DNA from: Deltaproteobacteria bacterium CG_4_9_14_3_um_filter_63_12
GTDB lineage: Bacteria; Myxococcota_A; Bradymonadia; UBA4248; UM-FILTER-63-12
Reading direction: 5' to 3'
Length of the DNA stretch: 64,000 nt
Assembly: GCA_002789955.1 (NCBI GenBank)
Contig: PFUG01000212.1
Coordinates: 357 to 64,356, forward strand
The position numbers and the translations under genes were made by a program. A model generated the notes under the pieces. The model was not told the origin of the DNA. It was given only the letters and a program-made list of their open reading frames with translations, and searched no databases. Of the stretch, positions 38,937 through 48,779 are shown in pieces (position 1 is the stretch's first letter; every line of letters begins with the position of its first letter).

Positions 38937-40685
38937 ATGACCGTCGAAAATACTTTTTGGGGGCCCGTTCGCCTCGTACTGGCCGCACTGGTCGCGCTGA
39001 CGTTCCCCGCTCAGGCGTGGGGGCAGGACTTCGACTTCAGCGAAGGAGGCGAAGGCGGCGGGGGCGACATGGACTTCAGCGACGGCGGCGACGGCGGCGA
39101 CAGTGGCGGCGGTGACATGGACTTTGGCGGCGAAACGCAGCCGCTGGTTCAGTACACGGTCGACGAGACGTCCCCGACGTTCAAGACCATGAGCGAGGCC
39201 GACAGCTACAGCAAACAGAACCAGAACTACCAGGCGAGTCTGCTTTATTATCAGGTGCTTCAGGCCACTGATGACACGGCAAAGGCGCTGCGCAGCCGAA
39301 CTCACTATGAGCTTGGTCGCACCCTGTTCCAGCTCGGGCTCTACCAGTCGGCGTTGACGCAGTTCGACAAGATTCTCCAGGAGGGGCCTGCCAGCGAATT
39401 TTTCATGCCGACTCTCCAGTGGTTGGTTTTGATCGCCCGCGAGCTTCCGGGAGACCCGGCGAAGGCGTCCCGCATCTACGACAACTACCTGAACATGTTC
39501 CCCGATCAGATCGAGCCATCATTGCTGGCTGAGGTGGGGTTGCTCATGGGGCAGGCCGCCTACTCGAATGGGTTGCTCAACGACGCCATCTTCTTCCTCG
39601 GGCATGTGGACGAGAACAGTGAACTCTACCCGAAAGCTCGCTTCATCGAGGGCGTAACCTTTGTCCGTCAGTATGATGGCAAGCAAGCCGTCGAAAGCTT
39701 CAAGCACATCCTTCGCTGGGTCAAAGCGCAGCCGAACCCGACCCCAGACAACCTGCGCATGGAGGAGAAAGCGATCGCGTCTTTGGGGCGCGTCTTCTAC
39801 CAGGTCGGACACAACCTCTGGGTGGACGGGGAACGGCCCAAGGCCGTGAGCAGCTGGAACACCGCCATCAAGTACTACGCGCTATTCGACCAATCGAGTG
39901 AGATCTGGCTCGATTCCCTTTTTGAGGCGAGTTGGACGTACTATCGCGTTGACAACTTCAACAAGTCGCTGGGTCTCCTCCACACGTTGAACAGCCCGTT
40001 CTTTAACGACGAGTACTATCCCGAGGCGATGCTGTTGCAGGCGCAGATCTACTTCACGAACTGCCACTACGACCGCGTCATGTACATCCTCGAAGAGTTC
40101 AAGGAGCTCTATCCGCCGCTGAAAGAGCGGCTGGAGAGCCAGCTGACCAATCTGATCCAGCCGGAAGATGTGTTCAAGTTCCTGTTGGAGCTCAGGGAGG
40201 GGACGGGCGAGTTCGATCCGACGACCAAGCAGGTGGTGAACGCCGCTCTTCAGGACCGTGAGCTGAGTCGGATGCTTGCTTATATCGATATGTTGGACGC
40301 GGAGATCGCGCAGATCAAGAACGCTGAGAAGGGATGGTCCAGCCATCCTTTGGCGAAGTCCTTGATTCAGGATATCGAGTTTACGAGGGAGTTCGCGTCA
40401 GCGACCGCAGGCAACATGGCCAAGTCGAGGCTGGAGCGTGTCGTCGACGAGCTGAGCGACCTGATCAACAAGAGCCTGGACATCGAGATCGAGACGACTG
40501 AGAAGTTCGCGGGAATGGCCGAGCAGTTGGGAGCCGATCCGGCGAGTCGCCAGGAGTTCGAGAAAGAAATCAACCAGATGATGGCGGCGGACGACGAGCA
40601 TCTGTTTTGGACCTTTGGGGGCGAATATTGGCGAGATGAGCTCGGGTACTACTGGTACTATTTGACGTCTCGTTGTGGGCGCTGA
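38937..40685 (+). CDS. gltC: Periplasmic TPR protein, GltC/NfsC homologue
   Basis: Signal peptide, TPRs, LFEASW..F, LGLLHTLNSPFF.DEYYPE and C-terminal WTFGGEYWRDELGYY...SRCGR. Located directly upstream of gltD. Confidence 0.8.
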   Translation: MTVENTFWGPVRLVLAALVALTFPAQAWGQDFDFSEGGEGGGGDMDFSDGGDGGDSGGGDMDFGGETQPLVQYTVDETSPTFKTMSEADSYSKQNQNYQASLLYYQVLQATDDTAKALRSRTHYELGRTLFQLGLYQSALTQFDKILQEGPASEFFMPTLQWLVLIARELPGDPAKASRIYDNYLNMFPDQIEPSLLAEVGLLMGQAAYSNGLLNDAIFFLGHVDENSELYPKARFIEGVTFVRQYDGKQAVESFKHILRWVKAQPNPTPDNLRMEEKAIASLGRVFYQVGHNLWVDGERPKAVSSWNTAIKYYALFDQSSEIWLDSLFEASWTYYRVDNFNKSLGLLHTLNSPFFNDEYYPEAMLLQAQIYFTNCHYDRVMYILEEFKELYPPLKERLESQLTNLIQPEDVFKFLLELREGTGEFDPTTKQVVNAALQDRELSRMLAYIDMLDAEIAQIKNAEKGWSSHPLAKSLIQDIEFTREFASATAGNMAKSRLERVVDELSDLINKSLDIEIETTEKFAGMAEQLGADPASRQEFEKEINQMMAADDEHLFWTFGGEYWRDELGYYWYYLTSRCGR

Positions 40686-40723
40686 ACGACGGCATGCAAG
40701 AAGAGAAATCTGGAGTGAGTTCT

Positions 40724-43700
40724 ATGTTTAAGTCAGGTCAGCTGTCCCTCGCATCGCTGAGGGGTGTTTGGGTTATTCTCGCCGTGCTCGCGCTCTACCC
40801 GGTTGCGGGTTGGTCTCAGGGGAACCCCTTCGACGGCGAGGACGCCCAGAAGGAAGAGGCTGCAGTCGAGCAGTTCGAGCGCAAGAAGGTCGAGCGCCCC
40901 GACATCAGCGAGGAAGAAGGCAAAGGCCCGAAGCTCGAACGTGAGTCGAACATCAAAGGGTGGGAGCGCTCCAAGCTGCAATATCAAGACAAGGCCATCC
41001 GCTTGATGGAAGAGCGTGTCGAGAAGGCAGATGAAGACGACCCTGACTATCCCCTCTACCTCGAACGTCTCTCGGAGATGTACTGGCAGAAGGCGCGGTT
41101 CCACGACCTCAGGGCGTTCGACCGTTTGACGGAGTCTCGCGAAGCCGAGGACGCAGGCAATGCCTCGAAAGCCGCCGAGCTGGTGCGAGGCCAAGAGGAA
41201 GACGAGAAGACCGCTCAGGAGTATCGCGAGAAGACCATCGCGACGTACGCCCGCATCATCAAGGAGTTTCCGCTTTACGACAACTCCGACAAGGTGCTCT
41301 TCTACCTCGCCTTCAACCTCGGCGAAATGGGCCGGGCCGAGGATGCCAATGGATTCTACAAAGACCTGGTTCGCGACTACCCGAACACGGACTATCTGGC
41401 TGAGGCCTACCTCGGACTGGCCGAGTATTCCTACCTCTACGACGACATAGACCTTTCGCTCTCCCAGTATGAGTCGGCCATTGCGGCGGCTCCCGACTCC
41501 CAGACCGCTGGTTACGCGATGTACAAGATGGGCTGGTGCTATTTCAACCGCGGCGAGCCGAAGAAAGCCCTGGCTCAGTTCGAGTCCGTCGTGGCCTACA
41601 GTGAGTCGCATACCGGGCGCATCGAGCTGCGCAAGGAGGCCGTAAAGGACCTCGTCAAGGCGTACAGCCTGTGGACCGAGGCGAGCCCGAAGAAGGCCAA
41701 GGGTTACCTCGGCAAGTTTTCCAGCGGGGATGAGGAGCTGCGAGAGATGCTCGAGCGCCTGGCGCGGCTCTATCAAGAGGATGGCGAGGTCGACAAGTCG
41801 ATTTTCGTCTACAACGAGCTGATCAAAGACAACTCGACCAACTTTCGGATCGTCGGCTACCAAACCGAGATCATGCTCAACGTCGAGACCAAGAACGTCC
41901 CAGACCAGACCGCTGAGGAGGTTATCCGCACAGTGCGGCTGTTCAATGCAGCGCGAGAGCAGAAGCTCGAGGGCGCAACAGAAGAGGCGGTCAAGGAAGC
42001 GTACGCACTCCTGGAGGAGTACACGCGTGAGACCGCCAAGTGGTACCACCTGACCGCTCAAACGACGAAAAATCCCCTGTACTACGCGCTCTCGTACGAG
42101 ATCTACAAGGCCTACGTGGACAACTTCCCGGAGGCTCAAGACAACTACGAGATGATGTATTACTACGGCGAATTGCTCTACTGGAAGAAGAACTACGCCG
42201 AGGCGGCCAAGCGCTACGACCAAGTCTTGGCCATTGATGCCGCGGGGAAATTCAGCCGCGACGCCGCCTACGGTGCGGTGTTGTCGTACAACAAGGTCTC
42301 AGAGACTCCGACCGCGGAGTGCCCGCCGATTCCAGTGGTTCCGGAGCCGAAGAAGGGGGAAGAGCCGACTTTCCCCGAGCTCACGATCGCAGACTGCCGG
42401 GTGAAGCTCATCGCGGCGTGTGGACGTTATGCCGAGGTCGTGCCGGACGGTGAACACATCGTCGACATCAAGTACACCGCAGCTCGGATCTACTACGACC
42501 ACAATCAGTTCGGGCCCGCGGTAAAGGCCTTCGAGGACATCGCGATGAACCATTCGGAGAACCGTTTGGGCATCATCTCCGCGAACCTTCTGCTCGACTC
42601 ATTGGGCATCGAAAAGGACTACAAGCAGATGTGGGAGTGGGTCCTGAAGTTCCGCGCCAACGAGCAACTCAATCGGCCGCCACTCGACGACATCCTTGAG
42701 ACACTGGAAACCGAGCTCGCTTTCAAGTTCTGCATCGACAAAGAGACCGAGAAGCTGTGGAAAGAGTCCGCGATGTGTTTCGAGGAATACGCAGGAAAGT
42801 ACGCGACCGCCTCCTACGCACCCAAGGCTTTGTGGAATGCGAGCGTCGATTGGGAGAACGCCTCTGAAGTCGGTAAGGCCATCGAGACCCGCATCCGCCT
42901 CCTTAAAGAGCACGGCGACGACGACTACCTCGCCCCGAAGGCGCTCTACGCGATCGGCCAGAACTTCCACGGCATCGCGGTGTATTCGGAGGCAGCTCGG
43001 TTCTACGAGATGTTTGTCGACAAATACCCCAAGAACGACACCGCCTGCGCACCGGACGGTGAGTCCTCGGAGAATGTCTGCTCCATGTCCGCGCTGCAGA
43101 ACGCCGCGGCGTTCAGAGGCGGCTTGGGTCAATACGAGAAGGCCGTCGAAGACTACGACCGATATATCGTGATGTTCCCCAATGACAAGGCGCAGATCTC
43201 GCTGCTCAAGTTCAACACCGGTCGAATCTATTTTGACCAAGGGCTCTACGAAAAAGCCATCGAGCGCTACAACGAGTATCTGAGCCGTTACGCGAAACTG
43301 GGACCAGAGGGACGAAAGGTCGCCGCGATGACCGCCATCGGTCGCTGCTACTGGAAAAACAAAGATCGTCACGCCGGACTGAAGTCCTTCGAGAAAGCCG
43401 AGAAACTCTACGACAGCAAGCCCTTCCAGAAGTGGTTGGCTGGCGCGGATCCCGAAGCGGTCAAAGAGGCAAACGACGCCGCAGCGGAGGCTCGGTTCAT
43501 GCGCGGCGAAGGGATCTTCTTCGAGGCGCTGGCCATCCGCCTCTCGGACGAGACCATCGAGAGCGCGACGAAGTCTGGCAATTTTCTGAAGAGGCAGCTG
43601 ACAAAGAAGGCCGCGCTGATGCAAGAAGCCAAGCCCATCTACGTCGAGGTCATCACCAGGTTCAACAACCCCAAGTGGGGTCTTGCGGCGATGTGTCGCC

Positions 43701-44140
43701 TCGGGATGATGTATCACGACGTGGCCGACCAGATTCAGAACGCTCCAATCCCAAAGGAGCTCGACGAAGACCAGTCGCTCATCTACGAGGATCTGCTGTT
43801 GGAGTTCGCCGACCGTTTCGAGACCGAGGCGATCGGGTACTACATCACGGCAGTAGAGAAGGCCGCCGACTTGGGCTGGTTCAGCACCTACACGACGTTG
43901 GCGCAGAGGCGACTCTTCGACCTGCGGCCAGAAGAGTACCGGTCGGCTTCCGAGATCAAGGCGCAGCCGGACCGAGCCTCCGTCACCTGGCACAAGTCCA
44001 AGCTCTATGTGGATGTTGAAGCTGCAGCAGGTCGCAAGGCCAAGAAGAAGCGCGGCGCAATCGATCTCCAATCCAACGAGATGGAGAAGGTCAAGGGCGA
44101 AGGGGACGTTGACCCAGAGGGTGTCAAAGCCCCTGAGTGA
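40724..44140 (+). CDS. gltD: Large periplasmic TPR protein, GltD/AgmU homologue
   Basis: Signal peptide and ~1140 aa of TPRs (DKVLFYLAFNL, AMYKMGWCYFN, ISANLLLDSL, NAPIPKELDEDQ..Y). Sits between gltC and gltE/F/G. Confidence 0.85.
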   Translation: MFKSGQLSLASLRGVWVILAVLALYPVAGWSQGNPFDGEDAQKEEAAVEQFERKKVERPDISEEEGKGPKLERESNIKGWERSKLQYQDKAIRLMEERVEKADEDDPDYPLYLERLSEMYWQKARFHDLRAFDRLTESREAEDAGNASKAAELVRGQEEDEKTAQEYREKTIATYARIIKEFPLYDNSDKVLFYLAFNLGEMGRAEDANGFYKDLVRDYPNTDYLAEAYLGLAEYSYLYDDIDLSLSQYESAIAAAPDSQTAGYAMYKMGWCYFNRGEPKKALAQFESVVAYSESHTGRIELRKEAVKDLVKAYSLWTEASPKKAKGYLGKFSSGDEELREMLERLARLYQEDGEVDKSIFVYNELIKDNSTNFRIVGYQTEIMLNVETKNVPDQTAEEVIRTVRLFNAAREQKLEGATEEAVKEAYALLEEYTRETAKWYHLTAQTTKNPLYYALSYEIYKAYVDNFPEAQDNYEMMYYYGELLYWKKNYAEAAKRYDQVLAIDAAGKFSRDAAYGAVLSYNKVSETPTAECPPIPVVPEPKKGEEPTFPELTIADCRVKLIAACGRYAEVVPDGEHIVDIKYTAARIYYDHNQFGPAVKAFEDIAMNHSENRLGIISANLLLDSLGIEKDYKQMWEWVLKFRANEQLNRPPLDDILETLETELAFKFCIDKETEKLWKESAMCFEEYAGKYATASYAPKALWNASVDWENASEVGKAIETRIRLLKEHGDDDYLAPKALYAIGQNFHGIAVYSEAARFYEMFVDKYPKNDTACAPDGESSENVCSMSALQNAAAFRGGLGQYEKAVEDYDRYIVMFPNDKAQISLLKFNTGRIYFDQGLYEKAIERYNEYLSRYAKLGPEGRKVAAMTAIGRCYWKNKDRHAGLKSFEKAEKLYDSKPFQKWLAGADPEAVKEANDAAAEARFMRGEGIFFEALAIRLSDETIESATKSGNFLKRQLTKKAALMQEAKPIYVEVITRFNNPKWGLAAMCRLGMMYHDVADQIQNAPIPKELDEDQSLIYEDLLLEFADRFETEAIGYYITAVEKAADLGWFSTYTTLAQRRLFDLRPEEYRSASEIKAQPDRASVTWHKSKLYVDVEAAAGRKAKKKRGAIDLQSNEMEKVKGEGDVDPEGVKAPE

Positions 44141-44207
44141 GCGCGAACCGGTGTCGCAATCCAACGGGCTCGACGGGCTATGCCCGAGATTTGAAAGAGG
44201 TAATGAA

Positions 44208-45737
44208 ATGAGTGTCGTGCGCCTCCCCTTCATCCTGATAGTGCTCTCCATGCTGGCCATAGCATGCGGCCCGCCCAGTGGGCCGGAAAATCCCCTCGAC
44301 AAAGACGGGGGCAAAGAGTCCCAGCAACTCGTCCGCGAGGAAGCACTGAAGAAGTTCGAAGAGGGCATCGCCATCTTTCGTACGAACCCCGTGAAGGCAA
44401 AACAGCTCTTCGAGGAAGCCGTCGATGAGGATGAGACCTTTGGCGAAGCTTGGTACAACCTGGCGCTCGTCCAAGAGTCGGCGGGCGATATCCCGGGTGC
44501 AATCACCTCCTACGAGAACGCGATCAAGTCGCGCCCAGACATGGCTGAGCCCAACGTCAACCTCGGCGTCATTCTCCTGCAGAAAGGAGAGCGCGAGAAG
44601 GCGAAAGAGCTCTTCATGAAGGTCGTCAACGAGACCAATGGGATCGATCCTTTCAACGTCGAGGCAAACCTCGACCTGGGCATGATCTATCGGCTCGAGG
44701 GCGAGGAGATCGTCGCCAAAGACAACATCGGCAAAGACTTATCGACCCAAATCAACGAAGGCGAGGTCGTCGAGCGTGACATCGTCGTCAGCGACGAGGC
44801 CAAGGTGCGTTTCGCCGAAGCCGTGAAGAACGTTCGCCGAGCCCTCGCCGGTGACTCGAACAACATCACGAGCTACGAGAACCTCGCTGCGATCTATTAC
44901 GATCTCGACAGCCTCGAGGTCGCAACGTTGGTGTGCCAACAGGCTATTCAGAAGGAGATCGACCGCAATGCGGAGCTCGAGGCGCAGCTGGCGGCGAAGC
45001 AGATCACGCAGGCTGAGTTCAACGAGCACGAGATCACTGCCGTACAAATGAGCGCGGTCTACAACACGTTCGGGCTGGTTTGGATGGCTCGCGGTGAGGT
45101 CGCTCTGGCCTACGCGAACTTCAAGACCGCAATGGAGCTCGACCCTGTGTCCACAGAGGCGTTGTTCAACGTCGCTGGAATCGCCGTCAACGTGCAAGAT
45201 TACGCGATGGCCTACCAAACCTACGGTGATATTCTCAAGACCGAGCCCAACAACCGTGAGGCACGCTTGAGCCAAGCCGTTGCCGCACGTGGTTTGGACA
45301 ACCTCGCCGAGGCCGAGCAGGTCTACGATGCGCTGCTCAAGGACGACCCGACCTATTCCCCCGCGACCTTCAACAAGGCGGTTCTGTATCAGGAGTACCA
45401 CCGTGACTTGGTCAAGGCGAAAAGCATTTACGAGGAGTTCATCGCCATGCCGGCCGCAGCCAAGCAAGCCCCTGCATACGTCGCCGAAGCGCAACGCCGG
45501 GTGAAGCAGATCGAGGACATTTGGGAAGCGCAGAAGAAGGCAGAGGAAGAGCAGAAGAAGATCGAGAAAGAGATGAAAGAGCTCGAGGAGCTCCAGAAGC
45601 AGCGGGACAAGGAATACGAAGACGCGGAGAAAGCAGAGAAGGCGGCGGCAGAGGCCGCTGCGGGAGGAGGCGCTGCGAACGGCGAAACCCCTCCCGCTGA
45701 CGGAGAGAAAACACCGGAGACGCCCGCCACACCTTGA
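44208..45737 (+). CDS. gltE: TPR lipoprotein, GltE/AglT homologue
   Basis: Lipobox LAIAC, multiple TPRs (EAWYNLALV, NVRRALAGD, FNKAVLYQEY). Between gltD and gltF. Confidence 0.8.
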   Translation: MSVVRLPFILIVLSMLAIACGPPSGPENPLDKDGGKESQQLVREEALKKFEEGIAIFRTNPVKAKQLFEEAVDEDETFGEAWYNLALVQESAGDIPGAITSYENAIKSRPDMAEPNVNLGVILLQKGEREKAKELFMKVVNETNGIDPFNVEANLDLGMIYRLEGEEIVAKDNIGKDLSTQINEGEVVERDIVVSDEAKVRFAEAVKNVRRALAGDSNNITSYENLAAIYYDLDSLEVATLVCQQAIQKEIDRNAELEAQLAAKQITQAEFNEHEITAVQMSAVYNTFGLVWMARGEVALAYANFKTAMELDPVSTEALFNVAGIAVNVQDYAMAYQTYGDILKTEPNNREARLSQAVAARGLDNLAEAEQVYDALLKDDPTYSPATFNKAVLYQEYHRDLVKAKSIYEEFIAMPAAAKQAPAYVAEAQRRVKQIEDIWEAQKKAEEEQKKIEKEMKELEELQKQRDKEYEDAEKAEKAAAEAAAGGGAANGETPPADGEKTPETPATP

Positions 45738-45760
45738 TCGGAGAGGGACGAGTGTCAGAG

Positions 45761-45795
45761 ACGCCCTCGCGCTGCAGCAGCACGAGGGCGTTTTG
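45761..45795 (+). terminator. Putative intrinsic terminator or attenuator after gltE
   Basis: Stem acgccctcg / cgagggcgt followed by TTT. Confidence 0.6.
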
Positions 45796-45909
45796 CGTCT
45801 CTCGGTTTCATTCCACTAGTCGGTCGACAGAACTTGGATTATGATGGCCGACGAAGTGAAATCCACTGAGGGTCGCATTCGGCGCGGCCTTGTAGGGAGA
45901 GGTTCTGGA

Positions 45910-46155
45910 ATGAGTACGATCTTCAAGGGTATCGTTGCCATCACATTGACCCTGTCTCTCGGCGGTGTGGCTTGGGCGCAGGACGCTGGCGCCAAAGTGA
46001 AGGAGATCAACTTCGAAGACGACACAATCGAAGGCGAACTCCAGATGCCAAATCAGACGAACATCCGAGGCGATGATATGGGCGACCTGTCGAGCCTAAT
46101 CAAGGCGAGAGAGGACTTTGTCGATGAGATGTTGAAATCCGTCGAAGACCTCTGA
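45910..46155 (+). CDS. gltF: Small periplasmic protein GltF/CglF homologue
   Basis: Signal peptide plus INFEDDTIEGELQMP...SSLIKAREDFVDEMLKSVEDL, the characteristic CglF motif. Confidence 0.88.
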   Translation: MSTIFKGIVAITLTLSLGGVAWAQDAGAKVKEINFEDDTIEGELQMPNQTNIRGDDMGDLSSLIKAREDFVDEMLKSVEDL

Positions 46156-46328
46156 GCCAAGAAGTCAAAAGAATGTCGGACGAGGGAACTTTGTGAAAGG
46201 CTGTGTGTCGAAGATTCAGAACACGGACCCGGCAAGAAGTTCTCGAGTGAGAATGACCGACCTGGCAGGCGATAATGCCAGGCAGATGGGTCCATAGCCC
46301 AGACACCCAAAGGCCGGAGCAGGCAACG

Positions 46329-48503
46329 ATGGCAAGCACAACCCCACTGCGGTTCGACATTTACAAAGGGGACCAAATCATCCAGACGGTGACCCTCGAG
46401 CAGACCCCAATCAAGATTGGGAAACTGCCGAGTTCGCACCTGCGGATCGACGATCAGAAAGTCTCTCGAATCCATGCGGTAATTGAGCCGGCGAGGGATG
46501 AGGGTTTCCACATCATCGACCTTGGGAGTTCGAGCGGGACGTTCGTCAACGGTGCGAAGGTCAACAAGCAACGATTGAACTCTGGCGACGAGATTACGTT
46601 GGGTGACACCAAGATCGTCGTGGTGATTGAGTCCGAGTCTGAGGCGGAGTCAGAGGCGACCATGTTGTCTTCTCTGGACGCCTTGGGTGCGGCGGCGGCC
46701 CCCATGGCAGCCGCGCCAATGGCCCATGATTCCAACGAGGTGTTCGCCGGAGGCGGGATTCCTAACATGGGCCCCATGGCTGGCTTGCCTGCTGCCAATC
46801 CGGCGACCAATGCTGGATTCGCGATGCCAAGTGCGCCGCCGGCGTTTGGAGGAGCCCCCTCGGTTTTTGGACTTCCACAGCAAGGCTTCGGGCAGTCGGC
46901 CATGAATCCGCTCGCCGCAGGGGGATTCGGAGTCGCACAGGGACAGCTCAGTGCTTCCCCATTTGGGCTCCCGCAGCCGGCGCCCGCGCCAGCACCCGTC
47001 GTGATGGCGCCCGCTCCTCAACCGGTTCGTCAGCAAGCCAAACCCAAAGATAATTTTGAACGGCGCTTCCTTTCCGAGTCCTACAAGGGCGGAGCGGGTG
47101 CCCTCGAAGTGGCGTTGCTCTGGCGTGGGAACCTCTTCCACATCGACCAGTACAAGAAGGCCGCGAACATCACCATCGGCTCCAGTGCTGACGCAACCTA
47201 CGCGGTGGAAGCCGCTGCGGTTGGCCCGATTCGGCCCTTCGCTCTGCATGCAGGCGGCGAGTGGACCCTCTATTTTACCGACGAAATGGATGGCTTCATC
47301 CTCGTCGATCCGAAAAAGACCGGCGGCAAGGAGAAGCTCTCACTGAAAGAGGCTGCAGCCATCGGCTTGGCACAAAGGTCTCCCGATGGCTGGGCACTCC
47401 CGCTCAGCGGCTCGACTCGGGCGAAGATCAGTGTGGGGGACGTCGTGTTCCTCATCCACTACATCTCGCTGCCAGTCTTGAGCATGCCGCTCATCGCTCT
47501 GGGCGGCGCGGCTGGGGCGAGCCTAATCGTCTCACTCGTAACCTTCGGCGTCTCGTTCCTTCTGCACAGCGGATTCTGGGTGCTGGTCTCCTTCACGACG
47601 GATCGCGTCGATGCGCTGACTATCGACCAGCTGATGAGTGACTCTGCGTTCGCGGAGGCCCTCATCACCCCGGAGCAGGAAGAGGAAGAGGAGCCAGAGG
47701 AGGAGGAAGACAAGGAAGAAGAGGACGCACCTGAAGAAGACGAGGGCGCGCGCGCCGCTGAAGAAGAAGGCGACGTCGGCAAGCCAGACGAGACCGCACT
47801 GGAAGGGAAATTCGCCATCGAGGGCAACGACGACAACATGGCGTTGCGCAAGGCCTACAACACGCAAGTCGCGATGGGAACCGGCGTTCTGAGCGCGAGC
47901 GAAGAGATGGAGTCCCTTCTCGGCGGCGGTTTGGAAGCTGCAGGTTACGATGCCGTCAGCGCATGGGGTGAGTTCGATTCCACCGCAGCAGCCGGAAACA
48001 CTGCCGGTAACTACGGTCTCGGTATGAGTGGAGCGGGGCGTGGTGGTGGTGGCTCGAACGTCGGTGGCTTTGGCGTCGGTCGATTCGGCACCGCAGGACG
48101 AGGTGGTGGCGGCAGTGGTGGTCGGAACTATGGCAGCGCGGCAGCCTCTCTCGGTGACAAAGCTGTCGGAGCGCCGAAACTCAAGCCAGGACGCCCTGAT
48201 GTCTCAGGCTCGCTCGACAAGCGAATCATTCGAAAGGTTGTCAACCAACACAAACGAGAGATCAAGGCCTGTTACGAGAAAGAGCTCGCGAAGAAGAAAG
48301 GTCTGTTCGGAAAGGTGGTCGTCAAGTGGACCATTGATCAGTCAGGGAACGTCCCGTCAGCGGTTGTGGTCTCGACGACCATGAACAACAAAGAAGTCGA
48401 GAAGTGTCTCTCTAGCGCTATCTCCTACTGGCGATTCCCTGCACCGAGGGGAGGAGGGTTGGTCATCGTCTCCTATCCGTTCGTCTTCGAGGTCGGGAAC
48501 TAG
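46329..48503 (+). CDS. gltG: FHA domain / TM / TonB-C protein, GltG/PglI homologue
   Basis: N-terminal FHA (IKIGKLPSSHLRIDD.KVSRIHA..DLGS..GTFVNG), TM helix, acidic and Gly-rich linkers, C-terminal GSLDKRIIRKVV..IKACYE..L.GKV..W.FPAPRGGG.V.VSYPFVF. Confidence 0.9.
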   Translation: MASTTPLRFDIYKGDQIIQTVTLEQTPIKIGKLPSSHLRIDDQKVSRIHAVIEPARDEGFHIIDLGSSSGTFVNGAKVNKQRLNSGDEITLGDTKIVVVIESESEAESEATMLSSLDALGAAAAPMAAAPMAHDSNEVFAGGGIPNMGPMAGLPAANPATNAGFAMPSAPPAFGGAPSVFGLPQQGFGQSAMNPLAAGGFGVAQGQLSASPFGLPQPAPAPAPVVMAPAPQPVRQQAKPKDNFERRFLSESYKGGAGALEVALLWRGNLFHIDQYKKAANITIGSSADATYAVEAAAVGPIRPFALHAGGEWTLYFTDEMDGFILVDPKKTGGKEKLSLKEAAAIGLAQRSPDGWALPLSGSTRAKISVGDVVFLIHYISLPVLSMPLIALGGAAGASLIVSLVTFGVSFLLHSGFWVLVSFTTDRVDALTIDQLMSDSAFAEALITPEQEEEEEPEEEEDKEEEDAPEEDEGARAAEEEGDVGKPDETALEGKFAIEGNDDNMALRKAYNTQVAMGTGVLSASEEMESLLGGGLEAAGYDAVSAWGEFDSTAAAGNTAGNYGLGMSGAGRGGGGSNVGGFGVGRFGTAGRGGGGSGGRNYGSAAASLGDKAVGAPKLKPGRPDVSGSLDKRIIRKVVNQHKREIKACYEKELAKKKGLFGKVVVKWTIDQSGNVPSAVVVSTTMNNKEVEKCLSSAISYWRFPAPRGGGLVIVSYPFVFEVGN

Positions 48504-48557
48504 GCTAGAGTCCCCCTTCGTCTTCGAGGTGACGACGCACTGAGAGCGAGCGGTGAC

Positions 48558-48598
48558 GCCGGGAATCGACATTGGGCGATTCCCGGCCCTGTCGTTTG
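48558..48598 (+). terminator. Putative terminator after gltG
   Basis: Perfect 11-bp stem gccgggaatcg / cgattcccggc with a weak U-tract. Confidence 0.55.
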
Positions 48599-48779
48599 CT
48601 GTGTCAGTTCAGCAAGTCACTGCAAGTCACTGACACGATGTTGACAAATTGACTCGGCTTGTGGGAGCTTCGCACCCTTCTCAGGCAAGGTGGGCGGTCT
48701 GAAGTTTGTCGCCCTGGCAAGGACCCAGACCACGCCCACATCTGTTTGTCGTTCCTGTCGGAGCCTCTAGGAGATCCTC

